Assembly: GCA_027925325.1 (NCBI GenBank) | Contig: AP027133.1 | Span: 574,195 to 606,194 of the forward strand | Source of the DNA: Candidatus Saccharimonadota bacterium | Lineage (GTDB): Bacteria; Bacillota_I; Bacilli_A; Mycoplasmatales; Hepatoplasmataceae | Length of the DNA: 32,000 bases | Direction: 5' to 3' | Part shown: positions 19,418 to 31,243 of the stretch, piece by piece | Layout: every line of letters starts with the position of its first letter | Position numbering within the stretch: the stretch's first letter is position 1 | Program-made: the position numbers and the translations under genes | The notes under the pieces: generated by a model | What the model saw: only the letters and a program-made list of their open reading frames with translations | Database searches by the model: none | Told to the model about the DNA's origin: nothing

Positions 19418-21256
19418 TTATGTATTAACTATTTCTAATTTGTCGCCAAAAATTCTCTTATATTTATCAATAATCTCTTGATTTACAATTTGATCAATTT
19501 TAATTTTTTCCGTAACTTTTTTATCTTCTGAACGAAGTTTTTTATAAACTAAATTTAATTTATTCCAATCTGCAGAAAGAATTGGAAGTAAAATTACTTT
19601 TTCACCAAATAATTCTTTAATAAAAGATAAAAAATTTTCTTCAAGTGAAAAGTTTTTAAAAATAGTATATTGTTGTGAATTTGGCAATCCAAAAATAATA
19701 ATTGAATCTTTAGAAGAAACAAGAATTTTTCCTTCTAATAGACAAGAAACATATTCCTTTATTGATTTTTTATTAATATAAGAAGAAAGATAATTAAATC
19801 GATCAATAAATTTCTTTGTTTTTTTCTTGTCAAATTCAAAAAGAACGGTAAGATAATGTTTAATATTTACAAAATCAGTAATTACATTTTTCTCATTTTT
19901 ACCTTCAGTAATCTTAATTTTTCTAATTGCAAAATCAGTATTTAAATTATTAAATTCACTTTCGATAATAAAACTTTCAATCTCCTCAGTTTTTGCATTT
20001 TCAATCTCTTGTTCCGAAATTGAAGTATCTTCTTCTGCAAGCAAATTTTTTTCAACTTTTTCAGAATCAGAAATTTCTTCTTCAAATTTTTCTTCTTCTA
20101 ATTTATTTTCGCTAAGTAAATCAGATTTTTGATCATCAATTTCTTCTTCAATTGATTTTTCTTCTTCAATTGATTTTTCTTCTTCTATAAAATTTAAATT
20201 ACTTTCTTCATCATTTTTTCTATCAATATATTCTGCTTCTTTAACTGATTGATCTTCATTAACTTCATTATCAGATTCAGAATTATCCTTAACAATAAAA
20301 ATATTTATTAAAGATAATTTAAGTAAATAAGGATCTTTTACATTTATTGATAAATTTATAAGATTATTTAATAATTTTTGGTATTTTAAATTACCTTCTA
20401 AAATATTATCTGTAAGATAATTTATTAAAACTAATAAAAAATTTTTAAAATCAACTTCCGATTTTTGAATAAAAGAGAGCATTTTCTTATTATCTTTTAA
20501 ATAGTCTTTTAAAAGATGATTGGGTAATATTCCTAAGATTTTTGTAATTTTTTCCTCATTTAAATCTTTTGAATAAAGAAAAATAGTTTCAAGATAAGAT
20601 ATCGCATCTCTTAATGAACCATTTGCGATTTTTGCGACATATTTTAAACTATCATCAGAAATATTGGCTTCTTCAGCTTCTGCAATTTCTGTAATTTTTG
20701 CAAGAATCTCTTTCTCATTTAATGTTTCTAAATTTAAAATTATCAAACGAGAAAGAACTGTTTCTGGAATTTTATTAATTTCAGTAGTTGCAAGCAAAAA
20801 AATTGTTTTTTCAGGCGGTTCTTCTAATGTTTTAAGTAAAGCATTAAAAGCTGACTTTGAAAGCATATGAATTTCATCAATAATATAAACCTTATAAAAA
20901 GATTTTGTCGTTGCATAATTAGATTTATCTTTAATATCCCTAATCTCATCGACACCATTATTTGAAGCCGCATCTATTTCAATTACATCAAAACTTGAAA
21001 AACTATTAATTTCATTACAAGAATCACAATTATTACAAGGATTATATGATTTACTATCTCTTTCCTTACAATTAATCGCTTTTGCAAAAATTCTTGCTAG
21101 TGTTGTCTTTCCGACCCCTCTTATTCCATAGAAAAGATAACCATGATTAATTTTATTTTCTAAAATTGAATTTATTAAGATTTGTTTTACAATTTTCTGT
21201 CCACAAACTTGATCAAAGTTTTTGGGACGATATTTAATATATAAAGAATTTGTCAT
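19418..21256 (-). CDS. dnaX: DNA polymerase III subunit tau/gamma.
   Basis: Intact 612-aa ORF with the AAA+ Walker A GIRGVGKTTLARIFAK, a zinc module CNNCDSCNEI, Walker B YIIDEIHML and sensor LATTE. A long acidic insert follows. Confidence 0.93.
   Translation of the reverse strand: MTNSLYIKYRPKNFDQVCGQKIVKQILINSILENKINHGYLFYGIRGVGKTTLARIFAKAINCKERDSKSYNPCNNCDSCNEINSFSSFDVIEIDAASNNGVDEIRDIKDKSNYATTKSFYKVYIIDEIHMLSKSAFNALLKTLEEPPEKTIFLLATTEINKIPETVLSRLIILNLETLNEKEILAKITEIAEAEEANISDDSLKYVAKIANGSLRDAISYLETIFLYSKDLNEEKITKILGILPNHLLKDYLKDNKKMLSFIQKSEVDFKNFLLVLINYLTDNILEGNLKYQKLLNNLINLSINVKDPYLLKLSLINIFIVKDNSESDNEVNEDQSVKEAEYIDRKNDEESNLNFIEEEKSIEEEKSIEEEIDDQKSDLLSENKLEEEKFEEEISDSEKVEKNLLAEEDTSISEQEIENAKTEEIESFIIESEFNNLNTDFAIRKIKITEGKNEKNVITDFVNIKHYLTVLFEFDKKKTKKFIDRFNYLSSYINKKSIKEYVSCLLEGKILVSSKDSIIIFGLPNSQQYTIFKNFSLEENFLSFIKELFGEKVILLPILSADWNKLNLVYKKLRSEDKKVTEKIKIDQIVNQEIIDKYKRIFGDKLEIVNT
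20141..20185 (-). repeat. Perfect 18-nt tandem duplication plus a partial third copy inside dnaX, encoding EEKSIE repeats.
   Basis: ttcttcttcaattgattt occurs at 20141-20158 and again at 20159-20176, followed by ttcttcttc. The protein reads IEEEKSIEEEKSIEEE. Confidence 0.85.
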
Positions 21257-21334
21257 TTTTACTCATATTATTATTTAAATATATTAGTTATTATAAAACT
21301 TTTATTAATTAATAATTAATAAAAGTAAATAAAA

Positions 21335-21412
21335 AAAGTCGCACATGACACTTCTCGACGTGGCTGCTTTGTTTCCAACCTGACCAGGTTACAAGGTTAT
21401 CATTGCGACAAT
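21335..21412 (-). ncRNA. ffs: Small (4.5S-type) signal recognition particle RNA.
   Basis: The minus-strand sequence gtcgcaatgataaccttgtaACCTGGTCAGGTTGGAAACAAAGCAGCCacgtcgagaagtgtcatgtgcgac contains the conserved SRP domain IV motif (CCAGGUCAGGU..GGAA..AGCAGCC). The 5' gtcgcaatga pairs with the 3' tcatgtgcgac, and a U-run follows. It lies immediately upstream of dnaX, as scr does in Bacillus. The ends are approximate (within a few nt). Confidence 0.8.
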
Positions 21413-21434
21413 AGAAATTATAACATTATTTAAT

Positions 21435-22679
21435 TTAGAATTTTTCAAAATCAAGATATTTTTTAAGAGCTTTAGGTACTATTATTGATCCATCTTTTTG
21501 ATAATAATTTTCAACAATTGCCGCAAATAAACGATCAATTGCAAGAGCAGAACCATTATAAGTATAGACAAATTCTTTTTGTCTATTTTCTTGATCAATT
21601 AATACCCTCGCATTCATTCTTTTTGCTTGAAAATCACCGATGAAAGAAAGGGAAGAAATTTCGCGATATCTTTTTTGCCCTGGAAATCAAATTTCAAAAT
21701 CAATTGTTTTCTGACTTGCAAAAGATAAATCACCACTACAAAGATTAACCAAACGATAAGAGATTTCAAATTGATCTAATAAATCCTCAATTAAAGAAAT
21801 CATCTCCTTAAAATCATTTTCAGAGTGATCTTTTAGACCGATCTTTACAATTTCAACCTTTCGAAATTGATGTAAACGAATAATTCCTTTTGTATCTTTT
21901 CCCGCTGATGCTGCTTCTTTTCGAAAACAATTTGTAAGTGCAAAATACTTTAAAGGTAATTGTTCTTTTTTCAAAATTTTATTATAGACTAAATTGGTAA
22001 GAGAAACTTCTGCTGTCGGAATTAAAAATTGTTTATTTGTAAGTTCAAATAATTCATCTCTAAATTTTGGTAATTGAGCGGTATTGTAAAGCATTCGCTC
22101 ATTTACAATCACCGGACAATCAATCATTGTATATTTTTTTTGCAAATTAAAATCAAGCATAAATCTTTCTAAAGCAAAAATCATCAATGCTGCTTCATTT
22201 TGATAAATAACATGTCTTCTTCCAGATAGAGAAATTGCTTCTTTTTCTAAAATTAAATTTTTCTTTTTTAAAATATCTAAATGAAAAAGAGAATCCTTTT
22301 TATGATTATTTTTTTCTACTGTTTTTAAGACAATATTTTCCTTTTCACCATTACCGATCGGAACATCATTAAGAGGAATATTAGGAAATAAACTAACAAG
22401 TTCTTTTATTTTTGCTAAATCAAGTTTATTTTTATCAGAAATTATTTTTATTTCATTTGAAAGAATTTTGGCATCATTTTTTAAATTAAAATTACCGATT
22501 ATTTTTTTTGATAAGTTATTTAATTTATTTCTTTTTTGTTCTTCAATTATTAAATTATCAGCGTATTTTTGGTAGATTTTAATAAAGGCATTAAAGTCTT
22601 TTTTATTAAAATCACTTTTTTTAGATAAATTTTTTAGATAAAAATCTTTATTATTAATTAATTCTTTTAAATTAAACAT
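21435..22679 (-). CDS. serS: Serine--tRNA ligase.
   Basis: Track ORFs 21435..21617 and 21687..22679 share a frame and are joined by the TGA at 21687. It has an N-terminal coiled-coil arm and class II motifs (FRKEAASAGKDTKGIIRLHQF, and EIWFPGQKRYREISS across the join). Confidence 0.93.
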
Positions 22680-22681
22680 AA

Positions 22682-25177
22682 TTAAATATTTTGTTTGTTA
22701 ATTTGTTCTCCTTCATTTTTTGCTTCAATATCTCTAATAATTGTAATTCCTGTAATTTTATTATCATCTCTTAATTTAATTGTTGCAACGCCTTTTGCTG
22801 TTCTTTTAAATTGTGATATCCCACTTATATTTGTTCTAATTACCGTTCCATTTTCTTTAATTATCATTAAATCTTCTGTTTCTTTTACTGTTTTTAAACC
22901 GATTAAACGACCTGCTTTTTCGATATTTAATGTTTTCACACCATTTGCTCCACGTTTTGTTAAACGATACTCATTAATATCAGATAATTTAGCAAAACCA
23001 CGTTCGGAAATTGAAAGAATCAAATTACCATTATTTGATGTCGCAAAACCACAAACATATCCACCTGATAAATTAATTCCTTTTACTCCCTGTGTTACTC
23101 TTCCCATTCTGCGTAATTGATTAGATTTAAATCTTACCGCTCTTCCAGCATGATTTCCGATAATAACATCAACATCTTGTTCTTTTGGAATCTTTGTAAC
23201 CCCGATTAAACTATCATCTTCAACAAGTTTTAATGCTTTCTTACCACTAATATTAATTCTTGAAAATTCTTCTGCAGATGTTTTTTTAACAAGTCCTCGT
23301 TTAGTAAAGAAAAGAAAATCATATTTTTGATAATCGTCAATCGCAACAATGTCCTCAACTTTTTCACCATGATTATCATCGATATTTTTAATAATATTAA
23401 CAATCGGAATTCCTTTTGCATTTTTACTATACTTTCTTATCTCGTATCCTTTTAAACGGTAAACCTTACCAAAAGAGGTAAAAAATAACAGATCTAAATG
23501 TGTATTTGCAAAAGTGATCGTTGAAATAAAATCATGATCACTTGTTCTTGCCCCTTTAGAACCGGTTCCGCCTCTTTTTTGTACATTATATTCATCAACT
23601 TCTAATCTTTTAACATAACCTTTATTGGAAAGGGTAATAATAATATCTTTTTTTTCAATCAAACTTTCATCGGTGATATTTGTATAATTTTGCGAAGAAA
23701 TTTCAGTAAGTCTTTTATCACCATATTTTTCTTTTATCTCATTAAATAAATTAATCAATTCTTTTTGTTGGCGCGATTTTGATGAAATAATATCTTTTAA
23801 ATCCTTAATTTCTAAATTAATTTTTTGATATTCTTGATTTAAATTCTCAATTTCAAGGCCTGTCAATCTTTGCAAACGCATTTCTAAAATTGCCTTTGCT
23901 TGTTTTTCATTTATTGATAATTTTTGTTTTAAATTAAAAATTGCAATCTCTCCCGTTTTTGAATTTTTAATCGTTTTAATAACATTATCAATATCACTTA
24001 ATGCTTTTTTAAGTGCTTCCAAAATCTCTAAACGATCAAGTGCTTTTGTCAATAAAAAATCTGATTTATTTAATAAAACTTCTAATTGATGAGCAATATA
24101 AACCTCTAATAATTCTTTCAAATTAAATAATTTAGGACGGTTATTTTTCAAAGCCAAAAGATTTACAGCAAAAGAAGATTGTAATTGTGTTAATTTATAA
24201 AGCTTATTTACTTCAACTTTGATATCGGCATATTTTTTAAATTTAATAACAATTCTTATTCCCTCACGATTTGATTCATCGCGTAAATCACTAATTGAAT
24301 TAATTTGATTATTCTTAACAAGATCGGCTATTTTTTCAATTAAAACCGATTTATTAATCATATAGGGAATTTCAGTCACAATTGCTTCATCTTTTGCTTC
24401 GTTTATTTCAATTTTAGAACGAATTACAATGCGGCCGTGGCCGGTTTGGTAAACATTTAATAAATCATCCTTATTTACAATTATTCCACCTGTCGGAAAA
24501 TCAGGACCTTTGATTGTTTCGAGTAAATTATGAATTTCAATTGTTGGGTTATTTAATAATAAAATAACAGCATTTAAGATCTCTTTAATATTATGAGGAG
24601 GAATTGATGTTGCCATCCCAACAGCAATTCCTGTTGATCCATTTAATAGTAAATTAGGAATCTTGCTTGGTAAAACAACCGGTTCTGTCTCTGATCCATC
24701 ATAATTTTCTTGAAAAAAAACGGTTTTTTTATTGATATCATCAAGCATTAAAGTAGAAATCTTGGCTAATTTGGCTTCGGTATATCGCATTGCAGCTGCT
24801 GAATCACCATCAATTGAACCAAAATTTCCTTGTCCTTTAACAAGCGGATAGCGAAGAGAAAAAGACTGTGCCATTCGAACAAGCGAATCATAAACAGCGA
24901 CATCACCATGTGGATGATATTTTGCGATAACTTCTCCGACAGCACGAGCTGATTTTTTAAATGATTTATTATAATTCATATCAAGCCCATACATCGCATA
25001 CAAAATTCGACGATGGACCGGTTTTAAACCATCTCGAGCATCAGGAATAGCACGAGAAACGATCACAGACATCGCATAATCAATAAAAGAAGTCTCCATT
25101 TCCTTTACGATTGAGATAGTTTCAATATTTTGATTATCTTGTTCTTTTTTTAATAAATCATTTTGATTTTCCATCAT
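22682..25177 (-). CDS. gyrA: DNA gyrase subunit A.
   Basis: Intact 831-aa ORF with [12 protein letters not shown], the QRDR-like [17 protein letters not shown], the active-site region AAMRYTE and C-terminal beta-pinwheel repeats. Confidence 0.97.
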   Translation of the reverse strand: MMENQNDLLKKEQDNQNIETISIVKEMETSFIDYAMSVIVSRAIPDARDGLKPVHRRILYAMYGLDMNYNKSFKKSARAVGEVIAKYHPHGDVAVYDSLVRMAQSFSLRYPLVKGQGNFGSIDGDSAAAMRYTEAKLAKISTLMLDDINKKTVFFQENYDGSETEPVVLPSKIPNLLLNGSTGIAVGMATSIPPHNIKEILNAVILLLNNPTIEIHNLLETIKGPDFPTGGIIVNKDDLLNVYQTGHGRIVIRSKIEINEAKDEAIVTEIPYMINKSVLIEKIADLVKNNQINSISDLRDESNREGIRIVIKFKKYADIKVEVNKLYKLTQLQSSFAVNLLALKNNRPKLFNLKELLEVYIAHQLEVLLNKSDFLLTKALDRLEILEALKKALSDIDNVIKTIKNSKTGEIAIFNLKQKLSINEKQAKAILEMRLQRLTGLEIENLNQEYQKINLEIKDLKDIISSKSRQQKELINLFNEIKEKYGDKRLTEISSQNYTNITDESLIEKKDIIITLSNKGYVKRLEVDEYNVQKRGGTGSKGARTSDHDFISTITFANTHLDLLFFTSFGKVYRLKGYEIRKYSKNAKGIPIVNIIKNIDDNHGEKVEDIVAIDDYQKYDFLFFTKRGLVKKTSAEEFSRINISGKKALKLVEDDSLIGVTKIPKEQDVDVIIGNHAGRAVRFKSNQLRRMGRVTQGVKGINLSGGYVCGFATSNNGNLILSISERGFAKLSDINEYRLTKRGANGVKTLNIEKAGRLIGLKTVKETEDLMIIKENGTVIRTNISGISQFKRTAKGVATIKLRDDNKITGITIIRDIEAKNEGEQINKQNI

Positions 25178-25195
25178 TTTTTTCCTTATCTTAAT

Positions 25196-27139
25196 TTAAT
25201 AATCCAATTTGGCATATAAAGCATTTTTTTCAATAAATTGCTTTCTAGGTAAAACAATTTCACCCATAAGTTCAGAAAAAACACGATCTGCATCTTGAGC
25301 ATCTTCAATTTCCACAAGTAATAATTTACGATTAGAAGGATCCATTGTTGTTTCTCATAATTGTAAATCATTCATCTCTCCCAATCCTTTATATCTTTGA
25401 ATTGAAATTTTAGTATTTTTTTCTAATTTACTTAAAAATTTTTCTTTTTCAGAATCTGTATAGATATATTGTGATGATTTTCCTTTTGTTATTTTATATA
25501 AAGGAGGTTGAGCAATATAGAGATGTTTATTTTCAATAAGATCTCTAAAATAACGAAAAAAGAATGTAAGTAAAAGTGTTCGAATATGTGAGCCATCAAC
25601 ATCGGCATCGGTCATGATAATTATCTTTCCGTATCTAATTTTTGTTAAATTAAAATCTTCATTAATCCCTGTTCCGATCGCTGTAATCAATGCATTTATT
25701 TCATTATTATTAAATAACTTATCAATTCTTGATTTTTCAGCATTTATAACTTTTCCTCTTAATGGTAAAATCGCTTGAATTTCACGATTTCGTCCCATTT
25801 TAGCACTACCACCGGCAGAATCTCCCTCAACAATAAAAAGCTCTGTAATTTGATTATTTTTGGAAGAACAATCTGCTAATTTTCCTGGAAGAGTACTAGA
25901 AAATAAATTGTCTTTTCTACGTGTTAATTCTTTTGCTTTCTGCGCAGCAAGTCTTGATTTTGATGCCTGTTTAATTTTAGCAATCATAAGTTGGGCTTGT
26001 GTTGGATTTTCTAATAGATAATTTTCAAATTGCTCCGAAATAATGTTATTTACAATTCTTCGAACTTCGATATTAGCAAATTTACCTTTGGTTTGTCCTT
26101 CATACATCGGATCAGGGTGCTTTACAGAAATTACAGCGGTAAGACCTTCTTTTACATCATCTCGAACAAAAATTTCTTGTTCTTTTTTTGGTAATTGTTC
26201 CTTTACATATTTATTAATGATTCTTATAATAGCATCAAAAAATCCTTGAACATGCGTTCCTCCCTCAATTGTTGCAATATTATTAACAAATGAAAGAATT
26301 TTTGGTTGATAAGCTGTTGTATATTGTAAAGCAACGTCAACGGTAATATCTTCTTTTTTAGCAGATGAATATATCACATCTTTTGTAATTAATTCATAAC
26401 CTTTATTTAAATAATTAACAAAATCAATTAAACCATTTTTAAATTGATATTTTATTTTTTTAGAATCTATGTCACGATTATCGGTAAATTCAATCAGTAA
26501 ATTTTTATTTAAATAAGCATTTTCTTTTAATCTTTTGTTAATTATTTCAAAATTAAAACTATCTACCCCTTCATTAAAAAGAAAAAAATCAGGTTTGAAA
26601 GTTACTTTTGTTCCTTTGTGTGTGGTTTCACCTAAGTTTTGCAAACCACTTGATTTTGTTCCTCCATTTTCAAATAAAATTGAGTATCCTTGCTTATTTC
26701 GAAAAGAGACAACTTCAAGAAATTCAGATAAGGCATTTACAACCGAAGCACCTACACCATGTAATCCCCCAGAAACTTTGTAACCTGATTTATCACCACC
26801 AAATTTACCTCCAGCGTGCAATTTCATAAATACTGTTTCTAAAGTTGAAACATTTGTTTTTGGATGGATTTCAACAGGAATCCCTCTTCCATCATCAATT
26901 ACGGTAATTGATTCATCGGGATTTAAAATTACTTCTATTTTAGTAGCATAATTTGCGAGTACTTCATCAATTGAATTATCAATTATTTCTCATACTAAAT
27001 GATGTAATCCTTTATCATCAATATTACCAATATACATTCCTGGTCTTTTACGAACAGCCTCTAATTCTTCTAATACTTGGATTGAATTTTGATCATAATT
27101 ACTTTCTATTTCTTTAGTTGTTTCATTTTCCTTTTTCAT
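25196..27139 (-). CDS. gyrB: DNA gyrase subunit B.
   Basis: Track ORF 25355..26827 extends in frame through TGA codons up to the ATG at 27139 (MKKENETT...[14 protein letters not shown]...[15 protein letters not shown]) and down to the TAA at 25196 (...[17 protein letters not shown]...). Both ends were checked codon by codon. It has the Toprim EGDSAGG and [11 protein letters not shown] motifs. Length is 647 aa. Confidence 0.96.
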
Positions 27140-27147
27140 ATTATTTC

Positions 27148-28167
27148 CTAAATTTCAATAAATTGAATTTTTTGTTTCAAATTTTGATCGACTTTTGCTT
27201 TCGGTGATGTAATAAAAGAATTTAAATTTTTATCAAGTAAAATTTTTAATAATAAATTTGAATTTTTTTTATCTAATTCTGAAAAAATATCATCCAAAAG
27301 TAAGATAAATTCTAAATCATATTGCTCTCTTAAATATTCAATAAAAGAAATTACAAGCAATAAAATTGCCATTTTCATGTGTCCATCTGAAGAAATATTT
27401 AAATAAAATTCTTTATCATATTCAATAATATAATCATCTTTTGTAATTGTAATTGGTGGTTTTAAGAGTAGATTTTCTAAAATATAATCTTTTAAAATAA
27501 TTGCTTTTTTGTAATATAATTTTAGTTCTTTATTTAGATAATTTTTTGTATTTTTCTGATAAAAAAAGTTTATGTTTTCAACTTCTTTTTCTCTTATATT
27601 GATTATCTCTTCTTCAAGATCTTTTAATGAATTAACAATTTCTGATTTTAAAGATCGATTTATAACAATTGAATTATTATTTATATCTTGCAAAGAAATC
27701 AATAATTTATCAAAATCTAATAATAACTTTTCATAAATTTTGTGATCTTGTTTAATTAACATATTAATTAAACTTTGTCTTGTTGTTTTTTGATATTTAA
27801 AATTATTGATTAATTTATTATTTATAAAAATTGGAATTGAAACAATTGTCTTATTAATACCGATATTTTCTGTCCCATTAAGTAAAACTTTTTTTTTAAT
27901 TGGAGATAATTCTACATCCAATTCCTTTCAAAGTTTATTAAAATCCAATAATTTTAAATTAATTTTTGCAAGTTGTTGTTCGTTTTTGATTAAATCTTGA
28001 AATTTCTTTGTTCGAAAAGAGGAATTTTCCATTGCAAAAAAAAAGGCCTCTAAGATACTTGTTTTACCGCTGCCATTTTCGCCTAAAAAAACATTTATTT
28101 TTTTTTTAAAATAAATGTTTTTTTCACTATGATTGCGAAAATTTTGTAAATTAATTTCTTTAATCAT
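27148..28167 (-). CDS. recF: DNA replication and repair protein RecF.
   Basis: Track ORFs 27148..27921 and 27928..28167 share a frame and are joined by the TGA at 27928. Motifs: N-terminal INLQNFRNH, Walker [16 protein letters not shown] and Walker [13 protein letters not shown]. Confidence 0.85.
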
Positions 28168-28235
28168 TTGTTATAAATTATACCTTTTTTTAGATTATTA
28201 AAGATAAGTTAATTAATAATGATTAAAAAGAAAAA

Positions 28236-31200
28236 TTATCCTTCTTTTTTCGCTTTATATTGAATTACAGCATGTTTTATAAGTTCTGTTGTCATCGTAA
28301 ATAAAGCTGAAAATATTCAATAAATTGCCAATAAAACAGGAACAATTAATCCCATAAAAACAAACACACCGATCATAATATTTTGTGTTTTATTTTGTTT
28401 TTTCATCGCCTTTTTTGTCTGTTCATCAATTCTTTTTATTCCTTTTCGCTTATTTGAAAGCATTCTTGGCAATTTACTTGATAATCCTTGTGAAAAACCA
28501 ACAGCAACACCAACAAATAAATAAGCAAAAAATAAACTTCCGACACTAAACATTCCCGAAATTGCAGAAATTGAAAATGAAAATTGACCTACTGAGATAA
28601 TTTTATAAGCTGGTAAGGCCGAGATAATTATCCAAATTGAAAGAAAAATTGGCATCGTCACAAAAATCGTTCCTAAAGATGCAAATGGGTTAACATTATT
28701 CTTACGATAAAGAGCCATTATTTCTTGTTGCTTACGCATTTTCATTTGTTTATTCTTTTTATCATATTGTTGATATTTGGCATTTATTTGTGCAACTTGA
28801 GTCTGAACTTCTTGCATTTTTGATTGATTTTTATTAGAACCAAAAGACATCGCATATCCAATTCCTCTTAAAAGGAAAGTAATAATAAAAATTCCAATAA
28901 TTACCCCTCAAACAGCACCTACAGGAAAGATTGATTGAATGATAATTGATAATTGTGCTAATGGTCAAACAAAAAGCCCATACATCGGTCCATAAGATGG
29001 ATCTCATGCATCTTGTCAATCACCAATATCATCTGTAAAAATTTCATGATTATTATTTAAGCCATCTCCTTCGGCTTGACTTAAAATACGATAAAGAGAG
29101 GCTGTAATTCCAAAATTAGCAGTTGTTTCAACCAATGGATCAATCAAACCAGATTGAGAATCAGTATCAAAAGTTGTTCCTATACCGATAAAAGGAGTAT
29201 AAAAATTAACATCACCAGTAAGCGAACTTTTCTGTTTTAAATCCGTAACTTCATCACCATTTTCATCATTATAAATAATTTCATATCCAATATTTATATA
29301 TTGACTATAATCAATTAAATAATTGGCAATTAATTCTTCTCCTTCCACCGTAAATAAATTACTTAAATTATTATTATCGAAATCATCACTATTATCAAAG
29401 AAAAGAAATGCGTTGGGATCAAAATTATTAGCAGCATCTGCTTTATTTGATGCTAATTCGATTATTTGTCAATCTCCATTTTGATCTTCTTCCATAAATG
29501 CTCATCCTGAAGAATCAGTTCGATTAGATTGCCCAGCTTTTGTTCCATCCATTCAATCAGATGATCTTAATACTGATACATTTTCATAAGTTGTAAAATC
29601 ATCTTCATCGCTTAAATCATAATCATAATTACTTTGATATGTTGTTTGACTATTATAAGTCTCATTTTCATAATTATATCCTGTTATTAGTTGCATTGAT
29701 TTTTGACTAGGATAAAAAACCTCTGATGGATCAGAAACACTACGAGAATTAACAACATTATAAGATGTACCAACGATTAAATCGACAGAATCTATTCCAT
29801 TTCCCGTAGAACTATTAAGTAAATAAGGTGAAGTTAAAAAATTAAATCCAGTTGTATAATCAACATTTCCAGCATTAGGAGGACTACTATCTTCATAAAA
29901 AATATAACTAATAATTCCATCGACAGTTTTATTGACATTAGCAGGAATCGTAATATCTTCAATCGTTTGATCTTGATCACTATAATCTAATTGATAGTCA
30001 ATTACTTTTTCAAAATCATATTGAAAATTATCTGTTAAAACCGAAATTTGATCACTAATTGAATTAAATTCGCCTCCTGTTTGAGAATTAACTCCGCCAT
30101 AATAAGCTAAAATATTTGTATATAACTTAACTTCACTTTGATAAAGATCATATTTATCATTACTTACTTCTAATGAATCCTCATTTTGATCCTCAATTAA
30201 TTGATGAGAATAAGTAACACTATCAACAGGAACTCAATTTATTGGATCAATTAAATCAGAAGGACTAACATTACCTACTTGATGATAACTATCAATAAAT
30301 TCTTGTTCTGAATTATTATTTAGAGATGAGAAATCGGTTAAAGGACCGGTATAGTAAGCAAATCCACGTTGCACAGTTGAATAATAATCATCACCATTTA
30401 CAACTTCATCACCATTACTATCAATTACATTATCATTTTCATCATAAGAAAATCCTTGAATATATGCAAGAAAATCATCACTATATAAAGAATTATTATC
30501 AGCAAGATAAGCATAAAATTCAACAGCATCGATCTCTTGATTGTCATTTCCATAAGGATTTGTGACTTCATTATAAATATCATATTCTTCTAAATTAAAT
30601 GTAGTATCTTCTAATCCGTATTGATAAAATTGCTTCTTAACATCACTTGAGAAATAATCAATATTAAAAGGCATTATTAAATATTGATCATCTCTTAAAT
30701 CAACATTTGTTCAATCATATCCTAAAAAAGCTGTTGAATAATAAGTACTAAAAGAAAGATTAGCGACTGATGATAATAAAGAAACTTGATAATCAGCTAT
30801 ATTTTCACCAGGAGTAGTAAATAAGTTATAATCAATATCTTCAGGATCATAATTTTCATTATTTATCCCTAGTAAGTAATTGTAATTAGGTCGATATATT
30901 TCAAATGGCAATAAGAAATTATCCTCAATTATATCATCAGTAAATTGATTATCTCCTGTTGCAACAATTTGATAAGAAAATGTTGATTTTTGTCCTTTAT
31001 ACATATTAGGAACAACAGATTGCTTATTTCCATAAAATTCAAGTCCTCTAGAAACCTGTTGTGTTGTAGTATGCATAAACTCAGCAGCACAACCTCAAAG
31101 GGTAACAACTGTTAAAAAAGAAAATAAAATTCACTTACTATACTTTCTAATTCATTTTAAAAATTTGCTAAAAGAAAAATGACCAGATTCATCTGCTTTC

Positions 31201-31238
31201 TTTACTTCTTCATAAAATGAGTGATTACCTTTTGCCAT
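28236..31238 (-). CDS. yidC: Membrane protein insertase YidC, 1000 aa. It has a lipoprotein-type signal sequence and an unusually large (~700 aa) extracytoplasmic D/N/Y/S-rich domain before the Oxa1/YidC core.
   Basis: Track ORFs 28317.., 29016.., 30234.. and 30711.. all share one frame. I read every codon of the gaps (28851-29015, 29349-30233, 30675-30710, 31077-31238, 28236-28316) and found only TGA, with no TAA or TAG. The start is the ATG at 31238 (a TAG lies upstream). The signal and lipobox read ILFSFLTVVTLWGCAAE. The C-terminal core (FVWPLAQLS...MQEVQTQVAQINAKY...KQQEIMALYRKNNVNPFASL...MPIFLSIW) is YidC-like. It follows rnpA in the conserved order. Confidence 0.8.
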
Positions 31239-31243
31239 CTATT

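Noticed and set aside
19418-21256. Programmed ribosomal frameshift in dnaX (tau/gamma), as in E. coli.
   Set aside because: A-runs are everywhere in this AT-rich gene. I could not identify a specific slippery site with a downstream structure, so the sequence alone does not support the claim.
22695-23120. A 141-aa + strand ORF. Similar + strand ORFs lie at 574..756, 2587..2796, 3156..3338, 6018..6257, 7394..7705, 18624..18932, 20664..20870, 26043..26249, 26535..26783, 26608..26829 and 27806..28000.
   Set aside because: Each lies entirely antisense to a well-supported minus-strand gene (gyrA here). Their products are low-complexity F/L/I/S-rich sequences with no motifs. They are shadow ORFs.
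28834-29019. Same-strand, off-frame ORFs (28834..29019 and 25186..25371; also 23230..23421).
   Set aside because: They overlap the yidC, gyrB and gyrA coding frames in a different frame. The conserved YidC, GyrB and GyrA sequences read straight through these regions in the main frame.
30326-30565. A His-rich + strand ORF (HHHLQLHHHYYQLHYHFHH) that could be taken for a metal-binding peptide.
   Set aside because: It is antisense to the D/N/Y-rich region of yidC. The His, Gln and Tyr codons are simply complements of the sense-strand codons, and there is no independent support.
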